Assembly: GCA_944381245.1 (NCBI GenBank)
Contig: CALWKK010000001.1
Location: forward strand, 331 to 64,330
Reading direction: 5' to 3'
Length of the DNA: 64,000 nucleotides
Origin: an uncultured Clostridia bacterium
GTDB taxonomy: Bacteria; Bacillota; Clostridia; Christensenellales; UBA1242
The notes beneath the pieces are model-generated. The model worked only from the letters and a program-made list of their open reading frames with translations, searched no databases and was not told the DNA's origin. Shown piece after piece: positions 30,459 to 40,355 of the stretch. A program made the position numbers and the translations under genes. Each line of letters begins with the position of its first letter. The stretch's first letter is position 1.

Positions 30459-32255
30459 TTAATTTAGAATTGCTTTAATTCTTCTTACTCCCGATGAACT
30501 ACTTTCTTCTTTTGTAATTTTAAATATTCCTAATTCTTTAGTGTTATTTACATGTGGTCCTCCACATATTTCTTTACTCACGTTTCCTATCGTATACACC
30601 GTAACTTTGTCTCCATATTTATTTTCAAAAATTCCAACAGCACCGCTATTCTTTGCATCTTCTAATTTCATTTCTTCACACACAACATTTATCGAAGCTT
30701 TTATATTTTTGTTAACTTCATTTTCAATTTTTAAAATTTCTTCATCTGTCAATTTCCTATTGAAATTAAAATCAAATCTAAGTCTTTCAGCAGTTATATT
30801 AGAGCCACATTGGTGAATTGATTCATCATTCAAAACTTTTTTTAATGCAGAAAGTAATAAATGAGTTGCCGTGTGAAGTTTAGTTGTTTCAATATTTTTT
30901 TCTGCCAATCCACCTTTAAATGCTCCTGCGCTTGCAGTTCTACTTAATTCTTGATGATTTTCAAAAGCTTTTTTAAAACCATTTATATCAACTTCAAAAC
31001 CTTGTTCTTTAGCTAATTCACAAGTTAATTCAACAGGAAATCCAAAAGTATCAAATAATCTAAAAGCTTTTTGTCCAGCTATTGTTTTATTTTTAGGTGT
31101 ATATGTTTTTAAATTATTAATTAATTTTTCAAATTCTTTGATTCCTAGATCTAAAGTTTTTTGAAACTTGTTTATTTCATTAATAATTTCTTCTTCTATT
31201 AATTTTTGTTTTATTTTTAAATTAGGATAAGCTTCTTCATACACATTTACAAAATTATTGATTAAATCATATATCAATTTAATATTACCACCTAAATTTA
31301 TTATATATCTATATGCTCGTCTTAATAATCTTCTTAAAACATATCCAGCTCCAGTGTTGCTCGGTTTTATTCCTTTAACATCTCCAATTAACATTATTGA
31401 TGTTCTTATATGATCACATATTATTCTCATAGCCCTTTTGGTTTCTTCATCACTTTGATAACGTTTATTACAATTCTTTTCTATTGAGTTTATTGAATCA
31501 ATAAATAAATCAGTTAGATAACAATCTGTTATTCCATTTAAAAAAGCTAAATTTCTTTCGAATCCAAATCCCGTGTCTACATTCTTTTGTTTTAATTCTT
31601 TATAATTATTTTCATATTGAACATATTGCATATAGACATCATTACCAATTTCAACATATCTTCCACAACTACAATTTATGTCACATGTTTCACAACATTT
31701 TTTATCATGTTTAGGATAAAACCATTCATTATCAGGCCCACATGGTGTCCCACTTGTTCCCTCCAAATTCCACCAATTATCTTTCAAATAATATATATTT
31801 TCTTTTTTTATACCTTGTTCTTCTAATAACTTTCCTGTTTCAAGATCCCTTGGAATTTTTTCATTTCCTGCAAAAACTGTTGCGCAAATTTTATTTCCAT
31901 CTAATCCAAAAACATCTGTCAATAATTCATATGACCATTTAACTTTTTCTTTCTTAAAATAATCTCCTAAGCTCCAGTTTCCCATCATTTCAAAAAATGT
32001 TAAATGTGTTTCATCTCCGATATTATCAATATCAACAGTTCTAACACATCCTTGAACATTACACAATCTTTTCCCTTTTTCATGTTCCTTAATTCCTAAT
32101 AAATATGGCATTAGAGATTGCATACCTGCAACATTGAACATAACTCCTGTTTCACCATCACCTATCAAAGAAACAGCACCTATATCACAATGTCCTTTAC
32201 TTTTATAAAAATCTAACCATTTTTTCCTTAATTCATTACTACTTATTTTCACCAT
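30459..32255 (-). CDS. alaS: Alanine--tRNA ligase, short form (catalytic, tRNA-recognition and editing domains; no C-Ala domain)
   Basis: FFEMMGNWSLGDYFK, DTGFGFER, editing-site HTATHLL and CGGPHV. Ends at 598 aa right after the editing core. Confidence 0.85.
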   Translation of the reverse strand: MVKISSNELRKKWLDFYKSKGHCDIGAVSLIGDGETGVMFNVAGMQSLMPYLLGIKEHEKGKRLCNVQGCVRTVDIDNIGDETHLTFFEMMGNWSLGDYFKKEKVKWSYELLTDVFGLDGNKICATVFAGNEKIPRDLETGKLLEEQGIKKENIYYLKDNWWNLEGTSGTPCGPDNEWFYPKHDKKCCETCDINCSCGRYVEIGNDVYMQYVQYENNYKELKQKNVDTGFGFERNLAFLNGITDCYLTDLFIDSINSIEKNCNKRYQSDEETKRAMRIICDHIRTSIMLIGDVKGIKPSNTGAGYVLRRLLRRAYRYIINLGGNIKLIYDLINNFVNVYEEAYPNLKIKQKLIEEEIINEINKFQKTLDLGIKEFEKLINNLKTYTPKNKTIAGQKAFRLFDTFGFPVELTCELAKEQGFEVDINGFKKAFENHQELSRTASAGAFKGGLAEKNIETTKLHTATHLLLSALKKVLNDESIHQCGSNITAERLRFDFNFNRKLTDEEILKIENEVNKNIKASINVVCEEMKLEDAKNSGAVGIFENKYGDKVTVYTIGNVSKEICGGPHVNNTKELGIFKITKEESSSSGVRRIKAILN

Positions 32256-32268
32256 TGTACCCTCTTAT

Positions 32269-32979
32269 TTAATCTCTGTGTGCAAAAACCAATACAAATC
32301 TTAGTAAATTTAATATTGACATAACCAATGCAGCAACATAAGTCAATCCAGCTGCTCTTAAAACTTTTTTACAACCAACTAACTCATTAGAATCTAAAAT
32401 TTTTGTGTTTTCCAGTATAGCTAAAGCCCTGTTTGAAGCATTATATTCAACAGGCAATGTAACCAAATTTAACAAAACAGCAACTCCAAAAAATCCGATT
32501 CCACTCCATAAAAATATATCTCCAACAAGTCCATTAAACCATACAAAATTAAAAAGAAGTCCTATAATAACCATAGGCCAAAGTAGTGAGGAAACAATAT
32601 TTGAAAATTTAACAACACCGTTTCGAATTTTTGCTGGAAAATAATTTTTATTATGTTGCAAAGCATGCCCGACTTCATGCAATGCAATTCCTATTGCAGC
32701 TATTGAATTTGAATTTGCAACATCATTTGATAATGAAACTATATTTGTTGCTGGATTATAATTATCTGATAATTGACCATTTATTGTTTTTATTTTAACT
32801 TTTTCTAAACTTGCACCATCCAAAACTTTTCTAGCAGCATCAATTGCTATAATTTCACTTTTTGCTTTAACATTACTATATTGTCTATATGCAGACATAA
32901 CTTTTGATTGCGCAATAATTGCAAATATTATTCCTGGAATTAATATAACACCCATCAAAATATATTCCCAATATAACAT
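32269..32979 (-). CDS. YugP-like membrane zinc metallopeptidase (Zn_peptidase_2), paralog 1
   Basis: N-terminal TM, HEVGHALQH, and two C-terminal TM helices with E..AS.RA. Confidence 0.75.
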   Translation of the reverse strand: MLYWEYILMGVILIPGIIFAIIAQSKVMSAYRQYSNVKAKSEIIAIDAARKVLDGASLEKVKIKTINGQLSDNYNPATNIVSLSNDVANSNSIAAIGIALHEVGHALQHNKNYFPAKIRNGVVKFSNIVSSLLWPMVIIGLLFNFVWFNGLVGDIFLWSGIGFFGVAVLLNLVTLPVEYNASNRALAILENTKILDSNELVGCKKVLRAAGLTYVAALVMSILNLLRFVLVFAHRD

Positions 32980-32989
32980 TTAAATCTCC

Positions 32990-33700
32990 TTAAAATAATT
33001 TTGTTTTTTTTGTTAAAAAAGTCCACCACAAAATTGATCTTAAAAAATCTCCAACATAAGTTAACAATGCTACTTTTAATAAATCTTTAGCCATTTTTAA
33101 CTCATTATTATCCATAATATGATTATCTTTTAATAATTTTAAACCTTTTTTTGATGCATCTTTTTCAAGTGGTATTGTTATTAATTTTAATAACACTGAT
33201 AAAACAAAAATTAATATAGCAACTCCAATCAAAGATATTCCTATATAATATAAATTAGGTAGTATAAAAAACAAAAACAAACCAATTATTGCAAAAGGAA
33301 ACATAAAATAGCCTATAATCTTAACAAATTTTGTTAAAGATTTATTTAATTTGAATTTCTTAGAATTTTCTAAATCTTGTTTAGCATGACCGAATTCATG
33401 GGCAACAACTGTTAGAGCCGCCACAGAAGAATAATCACATGTTGCATCCGATAAAACAACCATTTTTGATCTAGAACTATAACCATCGTTTAAATAGCCT
33501 TTTGTTCTCCCAACATTTATTTTACTGGAAAAATGGTTGTTGGTTAAATATAACGCAAACTCTCCACCAGTCATTTTAATACTGCATGGTATTTTGTTGT
33601 ATTTTTCAAATGTTTCTTGAAGTTGAGCACTTGAATAAGTTGCAATTGCCAACGCAAACAACAATATTAAGACTATAACACCTATTATTATAAAAATCAC
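32990..33700 (-). CDS. YugP-like membrane zinc metallopeptidase (Zn_peptidase_2), paralog 2
   Basis: Same architecture and identical length (236 aa) to its neighbour. HEFGHAKQD. Confidence 0.7.
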   Translation of the reverse strand: MIFIIIGVIVLILLFALAIATYSSAQLQETFEKYNKIPCSIKMTGGEFALYLTNNHFSSKINVGRTKGYLNDGYSSRSKMVVLSDATCDYSSVAALTVVAHEFGHAKQDLENSKKFKLNKSLTKFVKIIGYFMFPFAIIGLFLFFILPNLYYIGISLIGVAILIFVLSVLLKLITIPLEKDASKKGLKLLKDNHIMDNNELKMAKDLLKVALLTYVGDFLRSILWWTFLTKKTKLF

Positions 33701-33749
33701 TATATTATTATATATCTAAAGTTTAAAATTTACAATCGTTTTTTTATAA

Positions 33750-34061
33750 TTATATATGTTTTTTTATGATTTCTTCTATTTGATTTTTCTGTCTTAATCC
33801 AATTATTTTCTCAACTTCTTCGCCGTTTTTAAAAACGATCATTGTTGGCACACTCATTATTCCAAATTTCTTCGCCAAATCATAACTTTCATCAATGTCT
33901 ACTTTAACAATATTATATTCTCCGTTTGATTCTTCTTCAACTTTTTCCAATATTGGAGAAAGCATTTTACAAGGACCACACCATGTTGCAAAAAAATCAA
34001 CTAATGTTGGTTTGTTTTCCTTTATTATATTCTCAAATTCATTTTTGTTTATTATTTTCAT
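33750..34061 (-). CDS. trxA: Thioredoxin
   Basis: FATWCGPCK active site, 103 aa. Confidence 0.95.
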   Translation of the reverse strand: MKIINKNEFENIIKENKPTLVDFFATWCGPCKMLSPILEKVEEESNGEYNIVKVDIDESYDLAKKFGIMSVPTMIVFKNGEEVEKIIGLRQKNQIEEIIKKHI

Positions 34062-34429
34062 ATTTCCTCCTCACAATTTTTAATAATATATTTTATACTT
34101 GGCAATAAATTTATATACCTTTTTATTATTAATAAAGATAAATATCCAAATACGCAAGACGATAATAATATCATATATTGCAAAAGATTATTTTTAAGAA
34201 AAAAACTAAAACCAAATCCAAAAATAAAACAAATTAATGGAATTAAATTTATAAAAACTAAAAATTTGTTGTTAAATCTTTTTTTCTTTTCTAGCAAAAC
34301 TAATTCTCCTATCTTATATTTTTTTTTGGACTTTATAACCATTTCTCTTTCTTTGTTTTTTATAATTAATTTTTTGCCTATTGAATTTATTATTTCAAAT
34401 TTATTTTTTTCGTATTCGATATTTTCCAC
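34058..34429 (-). CDS. Small two-TM membrane protein (possibly RseC/MucC-like)
   Basis: Soluble N-terminal half followed by two TM helices. ATGA overlap with trxA. Family call is weak because the usual N-terminal Cys motif is absent. Confidence 0.3.
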   Translation of the reverse strand: MENIEYEKNKFEIINSIGKKLIIKNKEREMVIKSKKKYKIGELVLLEKKKRFNNKFLVFINLIPLICFIFGFGFSFFLKNNLLQYMILLSSCVFGYLSLLIIKRYINLLPSIKYIIKNCEEEI

Positions 34430-34472
34430 TTTTTCATTTTATCACATCAAAAATATACTTCAAAATATTTTT

Positions 34473-35156
34473 TTATTCCTTTATAAGATTATTAATTACA
34501 TAACCAGCTATTGTTGCACCACTTATAGCAACAACATAGCTCATGCTACCAACACAAGATAAGTTATCCTTATTTAATGGTTGATTTTCAATAAATAACA
34601 CATCTAATTTTTTTATATCATTTTCTTTTAACATTTTGCGAAATTTTCTTGCTAACCCATCATTATAAGTTTTATATACATCGCATATTTTTAAATTAGG
34701 AATTCCAATTCTATTTCCAACACCCATTGAAGAAATTATTTTTAAATTTTGTTTTTGAGCTTCCTTACATAATAAAATTTTATTTTTTAAATCATCGATA
34801 GCATCAATAACATAATCATATTTTTTATTAAAAACTTCATTTATAATTTTTTCTTCAAATTTTTTATTTATTATTTCAACTCTACATTTAGAATTTATTT
34901 GCAATATTCTTTCTTTCATCACTTCGACTTTATCTAGTCCTATTGTTTGTTCTGTTGCTATTATTTGTCGATTTATATTACTTTCTTCTATTTTATCAAA
35001 ATCAACAAGTGTAAAATTTTCAACACCTGTTCTTGCTAGCATTTCACAAACATATCCACCAACTCCACCTATACCAACAACTAAAATATGGGCATTAGTT
35101 AATATGTCCATATTTTTTTCTCCCAATAAAATTTTACTTCTAATAAATTTTTTCAT
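34473..35156 (-). CDS. tcdA: tRNA threonylcarbamoyladenosine dehydratase (TcdA/CsdL, ThiF family)
   Basis: ILVVGIGGVGGYVCEMLARTGV..FTLVDFD.IEESNINRQ. Confidence 0.8.
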   Translation of the reverse strand: MKKFIRSKILLGEKNMDILTNAHILVVGIGGVGGYVCEMLARTGVENFTLVDFDKIEESNINRQIIATEQTIGLDKVEVMKERILQINSKCRVEIINKKFEEKIINEVFNKKYDYVIDAIDDLKNKILLCKEAQKQNLKIISSMGVGNRIGIPNLKICDVYKTYNDGLARKFRKMLKENDIKKLDVLFIENQPLNKDNLSCVGSMSYVVAISGATIAGYVINNLIKE

Positions 35157-36463
35157 TACAAAACATACTTCTTTAAATCATATTTTTTTCTCTTATCTGC
35201 AAAAGCTCTTTGAACATATGCTTTATCTATTTTTATCTCCATCATTGGATGTTGTCCAGTTGCATTAAATGAAATATCTTCTAAAACTTTTTCAATTATT
35301 GAATGTAATCTTCTTGCCCCTATATTTTCGCTCGTTTCATTTTCCGTTTCTGCCATTTCTGAAATCTCTATTAAAGCATCATCTGTGAAATTAATGTCAA
35401 CATTATCAATCTTTAAAAGCTCTGCATATTGCGTTATTACAGATGTTTTTGTTTCTGTTAATATTTTATAAAAATCTTCTTTTGTCAAATTTTTTAATTC
35501 AACTTTAATTGGAAATCTACCTTGTAATTCAGGTATCATATCCTCAATTTTTGAAACATGAAATGCTCCCGATGCTATAAATAAAATATAATCTGTTTTT
35601 ATATTACCATATTTAGTGTTAACCGTTGATCCCTCAACAATTGGTAAAATATCTCTTTGAACTCCTTCCCTTGAAACATCAGGACCGTTTGAAGTTGCAC
35701 TTTTCCCTATAATTTTATCCATTTCATCTATAAAAACAATTCCGTTTTCTTCAGCTCTTTTTATTGCTTCAGAATTAACACTGTCTAAATCTATCATTTT
35801 CTCACTTTCTTCAGCAATTAATAATTCTTTTGCTTCAATCAACTTCATTTTTCTTCTTTTTTTCTTTTGAGGGAAAATACCTCCCATAATACTTCCTATA
35901 TTAATTTCTGCAACTCCACCACTTAAATCAATAGGTTTAGGCGTATCTTTAACTTCTATTTCAATTGTTTCGTTATCAAATTCTCCTTTATTATATCTAT
36001 TTTGAATTTGTTCTTTTGTTATTTCTATTTCATTATTATTTTTTGCTGACTCATTTTTTAATAATATGCTAATTAGTATGTTGTCAACAATTTCTTTTGC
36101 TTTCTTTTCAACTTCATGTTGTTTTTCGTCTTTTACCATTCTTACAGATGTTTCAACTAAATCTCTAATCATACTTTCAACATCTCTACCAACATAGCCA
36201 ACTTCGGTGTATTTAGTTGCTTCAATTTTTATAAATGGAGCTTTAACTAACTTTGCTAATCTTCTTGCAATTTCAGTTTTACCAACTCCTGTTGGTCCTT
36301 TCATAATAATATTTTTTGGCGTTATCTCTTCCTTCATTTCTTTTGGAAGTTTACTTCTTCTATATCTATTTCTTAAAGCTATTGCAACTGCTTTTTTTGC
36401 TTCATCTTGTCCAATTATATATTGATTTAATTCATCAACTATTTGTTTTGGTGTTAAATTCAT
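35156..36463 (-). CDS. hslU: ATP-dependent protease ATPase subunit HslU
   Basis: LTPKQIVDELNQYIIGQ, GPTGVGKTEIARRLA, FIDEMDKI. Start placed at the ATG at 36463, preceded by AAGGAGT; the track ORF extends to 36490. Confidence 0.95.
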   Translation of the reverse strand: MNLTPKQIVDELNQYIIGQDEAKKAVAIALRNRYRRSKLPKEMKEEITPKNIIMKGPTGVGKTEIARRLAKLVKAPFIKIEATKYTEVGYVGRDVESMIRDLVETSVRMVKDEKQHEVEKKAKEIVDNILISILLKNESAKNNNEIEITKEQIQNRYNKGEFDNETIEIEVKDTPKPIDLSGGVAEINIGSIMGGIFPQKKKRRKMKLIEAKELLIAEESEKMIDLDSVNSEAIKRAEENGIVFIDEMDKIIGKSATSNGPDVSREGVQRDILPIVEGSTVNTKYGNIKTDYILFIASGAFHVSKIEDMIPELQGRFPIKVELKNLTKEDFYKILTETKTSVITQYAELLKIDNVDINFTDDALIEISEMAETENETSENIGARRLHSIIEKVLEDISFNATGQHPMMEIKIDKAYVQRAFADKRKKYDLKKYVL

Positions 36464-36476
36464 ATTATTTACTCCT

Positions 36477-37010
36477 TTATATTTCCTCAATAGTCAAATG
36501 CGAATTTGTGAAAACGCATATTTTCCCAGCAATTTCCAAAGCTTTTTTTGCTATTTCTTTAGCTGTTAAATTGGTGTTCTCTATTAAAGCTTTTGCCGCC
36601 GCCAATGCATAATTACCACCAGACCCAATTGCACAAACGCCGTCAGCCGGCTCTATAACATCTCCCATTCCAGATATTATTAAAACTTGATCTTTATCTG
36701 CGACTATCATCATTGCTTCAAGTTTTCTTAAAACTTTATCTCCCCTCCAAAGTTGTGCAAGCTCTACTGCACTTCTCATTAAATTGCCAGAATATTTATT
36801 TAACATTTCTTCAAATCTTTCACATAAGCTGAAAGCGTCTGCAACCGATCCTGCAAATCCCACTATCACTTTATCATTAAATATTCTTCTAACTTTTACA
36901 GCATTATCTTTAAAAATTACACTGTTTTGCATTGTTACTTGCCCATCTCCTGCTATTGCTGTTTTTCCATCTTTTTTAACTGCACAAATTGTTGTTCCCC
37001 TAAGTTCCAT
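36477..37010 (-). CDS. hslV: ATP-dependent protease subunit HslV
   Basis: [11 protein letters not shown]...[29 protein letters not shown]. Confidence 0.95.
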   Translation of the reverse strand: MELRGTTICAVKKDGKTAIAGDGQVTMQNSVIFKDNAVKVRRIFNDKVIVGFAGSVADAFSLCERFEEMLNKYSGNLMRSAVELAQLWRGDKVLRKLEAMMIVADKDQVLIISGMGDVIEPADGVCAIGSGGNYALAAAKALIENTNLTAKEIAKKALEIAGKICVFTNSHLTIEEI

Positions 37011-37062
37011 TATTTTCCTCCATTCACAATTCTACTATATATTTAATTTTATTTCAAATTTT

Positions 37063-39093
37063 TTATTCATTATCATTATTATCTTTTTTCGTTATTACGT
37101 CTGCTTCATTTTTGTTTTTTAACGGATTTACAAAAGAATAATATTTACACTTAGTGCAAGCATAGTAAATTTTACCTGCCCTGCTTCTTTTTATTGCAAT
37201 TTCTCCTTCTTTACATTCTGGACAAGGACCTATTAATTTTGGTTGATATTTCTGTTGATTATTATCCATTTTCATAATATTATTACAATTTGGAAAATTG
37301 CTGCATCCTAAAAATTTTCCATATTTTCCTTCTCTAACAACCATCATTGAACCACATTTATCACAAACAATATCCGTTTTTTCTGGTTCAATTTTTATTT
37401 TTTCATAATTGCTTCCAGCTTTAGACAGTAAATTTGAAAAACTATTCCAAAAACTTCTTGCAACAGCTTGCCACTCATTACCTTTTTCAGCTATTAAATC
37501 TAATTTAGTCTCCATGTCTGCCGTGAATTTAACATTAATAACTTGATTAAAATTTTTAGCTAAATATTGATCTACAACTTTACCTAATTCTGTCGGATAT
37601 AATGATTTTCCTTCATGTGAAATATATCCTCTACTATCTAAAGTTGTTATTGTCATAGTGTATGTCGCTGGTCTTCCAATTCCTTTTTCTTCCATTTCCT
37701 TAACCAAACTTGCTTCTGTAAACCTTGCTGGAGGTTTGGTAAATTTTTGTTCTAAATTTAAAGCATTTAAATCTAATTCTTCTCCTTCTTTCATTACTGG
37801 CAATTTCGAAGGATCATCTTCTTTTTCTGTGTATGCTCTATAAACAACGGTGTATCCCATAAATTCAACCGTTTTCCCCGTTGCTTTAAATCCATATTCA
37901 CCAGCACTTATATCAATATTAACATTATTATAAATTGCATCTGACATTTGACTAGCTAAAAATCTTTCATAAATTAATTTATATAATCTAAAATTATCAT
38001 TTGACAACGAACTCATAACACTAGCAGGTGTTCTTTCTATAGATATTGGTCGAATCGCTTCATGTGCATCTTGCGCCGTTTCTTTTGATTTATAAATATT
38101 AGGTTTTGATGGAACAAATTCATTTCCATATTGTTTATTGATATAGTCCAAGGCTTGATTTTGGGCTTCTTGTGAAACTCTAGTGCTGTCTGATCTTATG
38201 TATGTTATTAATGCAACTTTTCCTTCACCTTCTATTTCAACACCCTCATATAATTGTTGAGCACAAAAAGAAGTTTTTTTCAAATTCATTCCTAATTTAT
38301 TTAAAGCATCTTGTTGCATAGTACTAGTTGTAAAAGGAGCCGGAGCATGAGATTTTGTTTGAGTTTTCTTTACTTTATTTACAAAATATTTCTCTCCATT
38401 TAATTCTTTTTTTATTTGTTCTGCTTCTTCAGAATTTTTTACTTTAAATTTTTTACCATTTTTAGATTGAAGACTTGCTTTAAATTTATTTTCATTATTT
38501 TCTTTTTTCTTTAAATCTGCTGTTATATTCCAATATTCTTCTGGTTTAAAATTTTCAATTTCTTTTTCTCTTTCAACAACCAGCTTAAGAGCAACTGATT
38601 GGACTCTTCCAGCACTTAATCTTGGCTTTATTCTTTTACATATGATTGGAGATAATTTATAACCAACTATTCTATCCAAAATTCTTCGTGTTTGCTGTGC
38701 ATTAACTAAATTCATGTCTATTGGTCTTGGGTGCTTTAAAGCTTCTGTTACGGCATTTTTAGAAATTTCGTTAAAAACGATTCGACAATTTGAATTAGGA
38801 TCAATACCTAAAATATAAGTTATATGCCATGCTATTGCTTCTCCTTCTCTATCGGGGTCGGTTGCAATTAACACTTGTTCTGCTTTCTTTGCTTTTTTCT
38901 TTAACTCTTCTATTAATTCAATTTTATCTGTCATTATTTCGTATTTAGGAGTTATCGTTTTTAAATCAACAGCAAAAGTTTTTACAGGTAAATCTCTGAT
39001 ATGACCTTTTGTTGCAAAAACATCATAACCACTTCCTAAATATTTTTTTAATGTTTCTTTTTTCCCTGGTCCTTCTATTATTACAAGTTTCAT
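37063..39093 (-). CDS. topA: DNA topoisomerase I
   Basis: KLVIIEGPGK Toprim start, ATDPDREGEAI, ITYIRSDS (catalytic Tyr) and C-terminal Cys4 zinc ribbons. Start is the ATG at 39093 after GGGGAGT; the track ORF extends to 39123. Confidence 0.95.
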   Translation of the reverse strand: MKLVIIEGPGKKETLKKYLGSGYDVFATKGHIRDLPVKTFAVDLKTITPKYEIMTDKIELIEELKKKAKKAEQVLIATDPDREGEAIAWHITYILGIDPNSNCRIVFNEISKNAVTEALKHPRPIDMNLVNAQQTRRILDRIVGYKLSPIICKRIKPRLSAGRVQSVALKLVVEREKEIENFKPEEYWNITADLKKKENNENKFKASLQSKNGKKFKVKNSEEAEQIKKELNGEKYFVNKVKKTQTKSHAPAPFTTSTMQQDALNKLGMNLKKTSFCAQQLYEGVEIEGEGKVALITYIRSDSTRVSQEAQNQALDYINKQYGNEFVPSKPNIYKSKETAQDAHEAIRPISIERTPASVMSSLSNDNFRLYKLIYERFLASQMSDAIYNNVNIDISAGEYGFKATGKTVEFMGYTVVYRAYTEKEDDPSKLPVMKEGEELDLNALNLEQKFTKPPARFTEASLVKEMEEKGIGRPATYTMTITTLDSRGYISHEGKSLYPTELGKVVDQYLAKNFNQVINVKFTADMETKLDLIAEKGNEWQAVARSFWNSFSNLLSKAGSNYEKIKIEPEKTDIVCDKCGSMMVVREGKYGKFLGCSNFPNCNNIMKMDNNQQKYQPKLIGPCPECKEGEIAIKRSRAGKIYYACTKCKYYSFVNPLKNKNEADVITKKDNNDNE

Positions 39094-39098
39094 TTTTT

Positions 39099-40247
39099 TT
39101 ACTCCCCAATTAATATATAACAATTTCCTGGTATTTGTTTTATAATTCCTTTTATTTCAAGTATTGTTAAAATAGAGTTTAATTTTTTTGTTTCATAATC
39201 GCTTTTCTCTAACAAATCTTCAAAAGTTGTTTCACCATTATATAATATATCTATAATTTTTTGTTCTTCAAAATTTAATTGTCTTGTAATTTTATTTGGA
39301 GATTTTACAACTTTTTCCTTAAAAACACAAACAATATCTTCATAGTCAAGAACACAAGCTCCTTGAGCACTTCTTATTAGTCGATTTGTTCCTTTACTCA
39401 TACTACTATTTATATTTCCCGGAACAGCAAAAACTTCACGACCTAAATTAAGGGCAAATTCTTTTGTATGTAGGGCTCCACTTTTTTCTCCTGCCTCAGT
39501 TATTAAAACACCCAAACTAATTCCTGCAATGATTCTATTTCTTAATGGAAATGTATACAATGTTGGTTTCATAGAAGGTTGGTATTCTGATACTAACAAT
39601 CCTTCATTTATTATTCTCTTAGCAAGATTAATGTTAAAAGACGGAAAAATATTTTCGAATCCTCCACCTAAGATAGCAATTGTTTTTCCGTTGTTATTTA
39701 ATGCAACCGTGTGTGCAACACTATCAACCCCCGATGCAAGACCACTTACAATTGTAAATCCGTTTTCACATAATCCTTTAGTAAATTTTTCTGTAACAAT
39801 TTTTCCATATGGAGTTGGAGTTCTAGTTCCTACAATACCTATACAACTGCTTTTTATTAAATTTATATCTCCTAAACAATATAATGTTTGTGGTGGATAT
39901 TCCAAATCTAAAAGTTTTATAGGGTATTCATCTGAATAAGGTGTTAATACTTTTATTCCTTCATTATTTAATTTTTGGATAAAATTTTCAATTTGATTAT
40001 TTAAATAACATTTTTTCATCTCTGCAACAGTTTTATGATACTTAAAGTTATATCCTTTAACTTGAGATTCCTGTTTCATTGATTTAACAAACAGATTATT
40101 AATGTCATTCTCTAATTCATTGAAATTTGTTATTATCTCACTTGGCTCTTTAACTAAACTTAAAATTTCATGAATTTTTTGCGGCATTAAATCAAACATA
40201 CTCAAAAATATTAAAGCTTTTTCATTATTATTATATTTAAAATCCAT
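39099..40247 (-). CDS. dprA: DNA-processing protein DprA
   Basis: GIVGTRTPTPYG, VSGLASGVDSVAH, AGEKSGALHT. Confidence 0.9.
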   Translation of the reverse strand: MDFKYNNNEKALIFLSMFDLMPQKIHEILSLVKEPSEIITNFNELENDINNLFVKSMKQESQVKGYNFKYHKTVAEMKKCYLNNQIENFIQKLNNEGIKVLTPYSDEYPIKLLDLEYPPQTLYCLGDINLIKSSCIGIVGTRTPTPYGKIVTEKFTKGLCENGFTIVSGLASGVDSVAHTVALNNNGKTIAILGGGFENIFPSFNINLAKRIINEGLLVSEYQPSMKPTLYTFPLRNRIIAGISLGVLITEAGEKSGALHTKEFALNLGREVFAVPGNINSSMSKGTNRLIRSAQGACVLDYEDIVCVFKEKVVKSPNKITRQLNFEEQKIIDILYNGETTFEDLLEKSDYETKKLNSILTILEIKGIIKQIPGNCYILIGE

Positions 40248-40355
40248 CTTATACCTGATAGAAGAATATCACATTATATTAATAAATAAAAATTTTTTTT
40301 TAACATTTTGCTTTACTTAATAATATATTTTTTATTATGACAAATACTAATAATT

